From a virus (lineage: Duplodnaviria > Caudoviricetes): a stretch of 36,935 nucleotides of DNA. The notes below the pieces were generated by a model. That model worked only from the letters and a program-made list of their open reading frames with translations, made no database searches and was not told where the DNA came from. Made by a program: the position numbers and the translations under genes. This document shows, piece after piece, positions 35,271-36,935 of the stretch. Positions within the stretch are counted from its first letter, which is position 1. Every line of letters begins with the position of its first letter. The stretch is taken from the IMG/VR virus record IMGVR_UViG_3300034053_000039, positions 1 through 36,935 of that record; one strand, given 5' to 3'.

Positions 35271-35303
35271 AAAAGCGGGGCGGGCCCGCGAAGGCCCGCC
35301 CCG
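35271..35303 (-). terminator. Probable Rho-independent terminator/attenuator after the capsid and cement genes
   Basis: Minus strand reads CGGGGCGGGCC-TTCGCG-GGCCCGCCCCG-CTTTT: an 11-bp perfect stem followed by a short U-tract. Confidence 0.7.
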
Positions 35304-35341
35304 AGGCAACCGCGGACGGCTACCGCGGAGGAGACAACCGA

Positions 35342-35779
35342 TCAGCGAACGCCCTTGGCGCTGCCGTAGACGATCGCGTGCACCTCGCCGGCGGCGAAGA
35401 CGTTCGCGGCTGCCGTGAGCTTCACGCGCAGCATCACGTCCTCCTCGAACTTCTTCGGCTTGAACGCGCAAGCCAGACGCCCACCCGCGCGCATCGTGGT
35501 CTGGCCCGCCGCCGCGAAGTACGTCAGGTCCTCGGTGTAGACCGTGTCGGCCTGGATCGGCGAGTAGCCGACGCTGAAGGCGATCGTGTCGGTGCCCGAG
35601 TCGAGCGCATCGGTCTGGATCTCGACGTTCGTCACCTCCATCCCGGCCGGGATCTTGAAGTCGAACGTCTCGTTGATCGGCGCGGAGGTCGCCGACACCT
35701 TGTCGGTGATGACCATGCCCACGCCGTCGCCGGGCATGTACTGGGGCGCATGAAACGCCACGCTCTTTTGGGAAGCCAT
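35342..35779 (-). CDS. 145-aa probable capsid cement/decoration protein
   Basis: Immediately follows the major capsid gene. GAAGGA SD and a jelly-roll-like beta pattern (FKIPAGMEVTNVEIQTDALDSG). Confidence 0.7.
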   Translation of the reverse strand: MASQKSVAFHAPQYMPGDGVGMVITDKVSATSAPINETFDFKIPAGMEVTNVEIQTDALDSGTDTIAFSVGYSPIQADTVYTEDLTYFAAAGQTTMRAGGRLACAFKPKKFEEDVMLRVKLTAAANVFAAGEVHAIVYGSAKGVR

Positions 35780-35834
35780 GTTGAGGTTCCTTCAGGTTGG
35801 TTGAGGCGGCGAGCCCGAAGGCCCGCCATGTTCA

Positions 35835-36935
35835 TCAGGCCGACACGCGCTTGGTGACGCTGTCGATCACCATGACGCCGACATCGGTGGGCTCGTAGTT
35901 GCCCAGGCCGTCCGGCAGGCTGAAGCGCAGCTTCTCCTCGGCGCACATCAGTTCACCGGCCATCTCCAGGTTGCGCCCGAAGTTGGTGGTGTTCTCCAGC
36001 ATCGAGTACGGCACCTCGGTCTGCGTGTTGATGCCGGAGCACATGGCCAGGGCCTGCGCGCCCAGCAGCAGCGAGCGGTTGACCTGGTGGGTGCCGCTGA
36101 GCGCCGGGATGGTCACGTCAGTCTCGGTGGCCGTGTAGCGGTTGGCCGAGGTGATGTGCTTGCAGGTCGTCGAGCCCTGGAAGCGGATGCCGAAGTCGCC
36201 CATCTTGCGCACCAGGATGCCGTTCCACAGCCACGGGGAGCCGGAGAACAGCGGATGCGCCTTCAGGTTGCCGTAGCTCGCGCGCTCCATCGCGTTGGCC
36301 TGCCACGTGCGAATGTTGTTGCTCGCCGTGGTGTCCGTGATGATGGAGTTCCAGGTCAGGTGGTCCAGCATCAGGACGCCCTTGATGGGGTCGTCGCCGG
36401 CTGCCGGGTCGCCCGGGATGCGGATCGGCATCATGCGCAGCGTGAGCTCGCTGACCAGCGCCGACAACACGTCGATGTGCACCAGCTTGAGCGCGTCGGT
36501 GGTGTCGATCGACGCCAACTGCGCGCCACCCTGGATCAGGTCGGAGCCGTCCACCACGTAATGGCGGTTGTAGCTCGGCGCCTTGACGGCGTTGACCATC
36601 ATGGCCGCGAACTCGGGGTCCGAATCCAGCGGCAGGATCCAGTCCACACCATCCTGCTGCCCGCGCGAGCCGGCCAGCAGCGTCAGGATGCGCTGCCACA
36701 GGAAGTTCGGGATGCCGCCCTTCAGTTGGGCCAGCGCGTTCTGGCGCAGGTCGTGCTGGAAGCGCTTCTGCGTCATCTTGCCGCCGGCTGATACCGGCAG
36801 CGTGGCCATGTCGATGCGGATGTCCTTGTACGAGAAGTCGAGCTTCGCGCCGCGGCCTTCCGCATTCTCGTCACCCATCACCGCGCGCAGCTTGATGATG
36901 TTGGCGCAGTCCACGCGCACCGTGTCACCGGCCGA
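35835..36935 (-). CDS. Major capsid protein, N4-gp56/DUF4043-like, 5' end outside the window
   Basis: GDTVRVD...GDENAEG, GGKMTQKRFQHDLR, LAGSRG, VKAPSYNRH, HPLFSG..LWNGILVRKM, RSLLLGAQALA and KLRF...TDVGVMVID motifs. Confidence 0.88.
   Translation of the reverse strand, partial: SAGDTVRVDCANIIKLRAVMGDENAEGRGAKLDFSYKDIRIDMATLPVSAGGKMTQKRFQHDLRQNALAQLKGGIPNFLWQRILTLLAGSRGQQDGVDWILPLDSDPEFAAMMVNAVKAPSYNRHYVVDGSDLIQGGAQLASIDTTDALKLVHIDVLSALVSELTLRMMPIRIPGDPAAGDDPIKGVLMLDHLTWNSIITDTTASNNIRTWQANAMERASYGNLKAHPLFSGSPWLWNGILVRKMGDFGIRFQGSTTCKHITSANRYTATETDVTIPALSGTHQVNRSLLLGAQALAMCSGINTQTEVPYSMLENTTNFGRNLEMAGELMCAEEKLRFSLPDGLGNYEPTDVGVMVIDSVTKRVSA

Noticed and set aside
1-36935. CRISPR array, tRNA/rRNA, integrase or lysis genes
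   Set aside because: None recognised. The window is almost fully coding and has no regularly spaced repeats.

Overview
High-GC podovirus-type phage or prophage late region, read almost entirely on the minus strand. From right to left it encodes an N4-gp56-like major capsid (partial), a probable cement protein, adaptor and tail proteins, a 1760-aa repeat-built tail fibre, small chaperone-like genes and two probable ejection proteins. Next come a 1262-aa polyvalent protein with an inorganic-pyrophosphatase-like domain, a tightly coupled cassette of eight accessory genes, and a giant polyvalent protein of at least 4437 aa. The giant ORF starts at 13312 and runs off the left edge, so the ORF track omits it. 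It carries an LPD1/zincin domain, an N6-adenine methyltransferase, a Strawberry-notch helicase, a second zincin, an ART-PolyVal-like ADP-ribosyltransferase and an LPD38-like domain. The most striking feature is genes nested inside the linkers of the two polyvalent genes. An intact 195-aa HNH homing-type endonuclease lies antisense, in codon register, inside the 1262-aa gene without breaking it, and is flanked by an AT-recoded tract of the conserved host motif. Two same-strand +1-frame genes (70 aa and 115 aa) each start right after an enzymatic domain ends. Family assignments come from motif recognition by eye, not from database searches.
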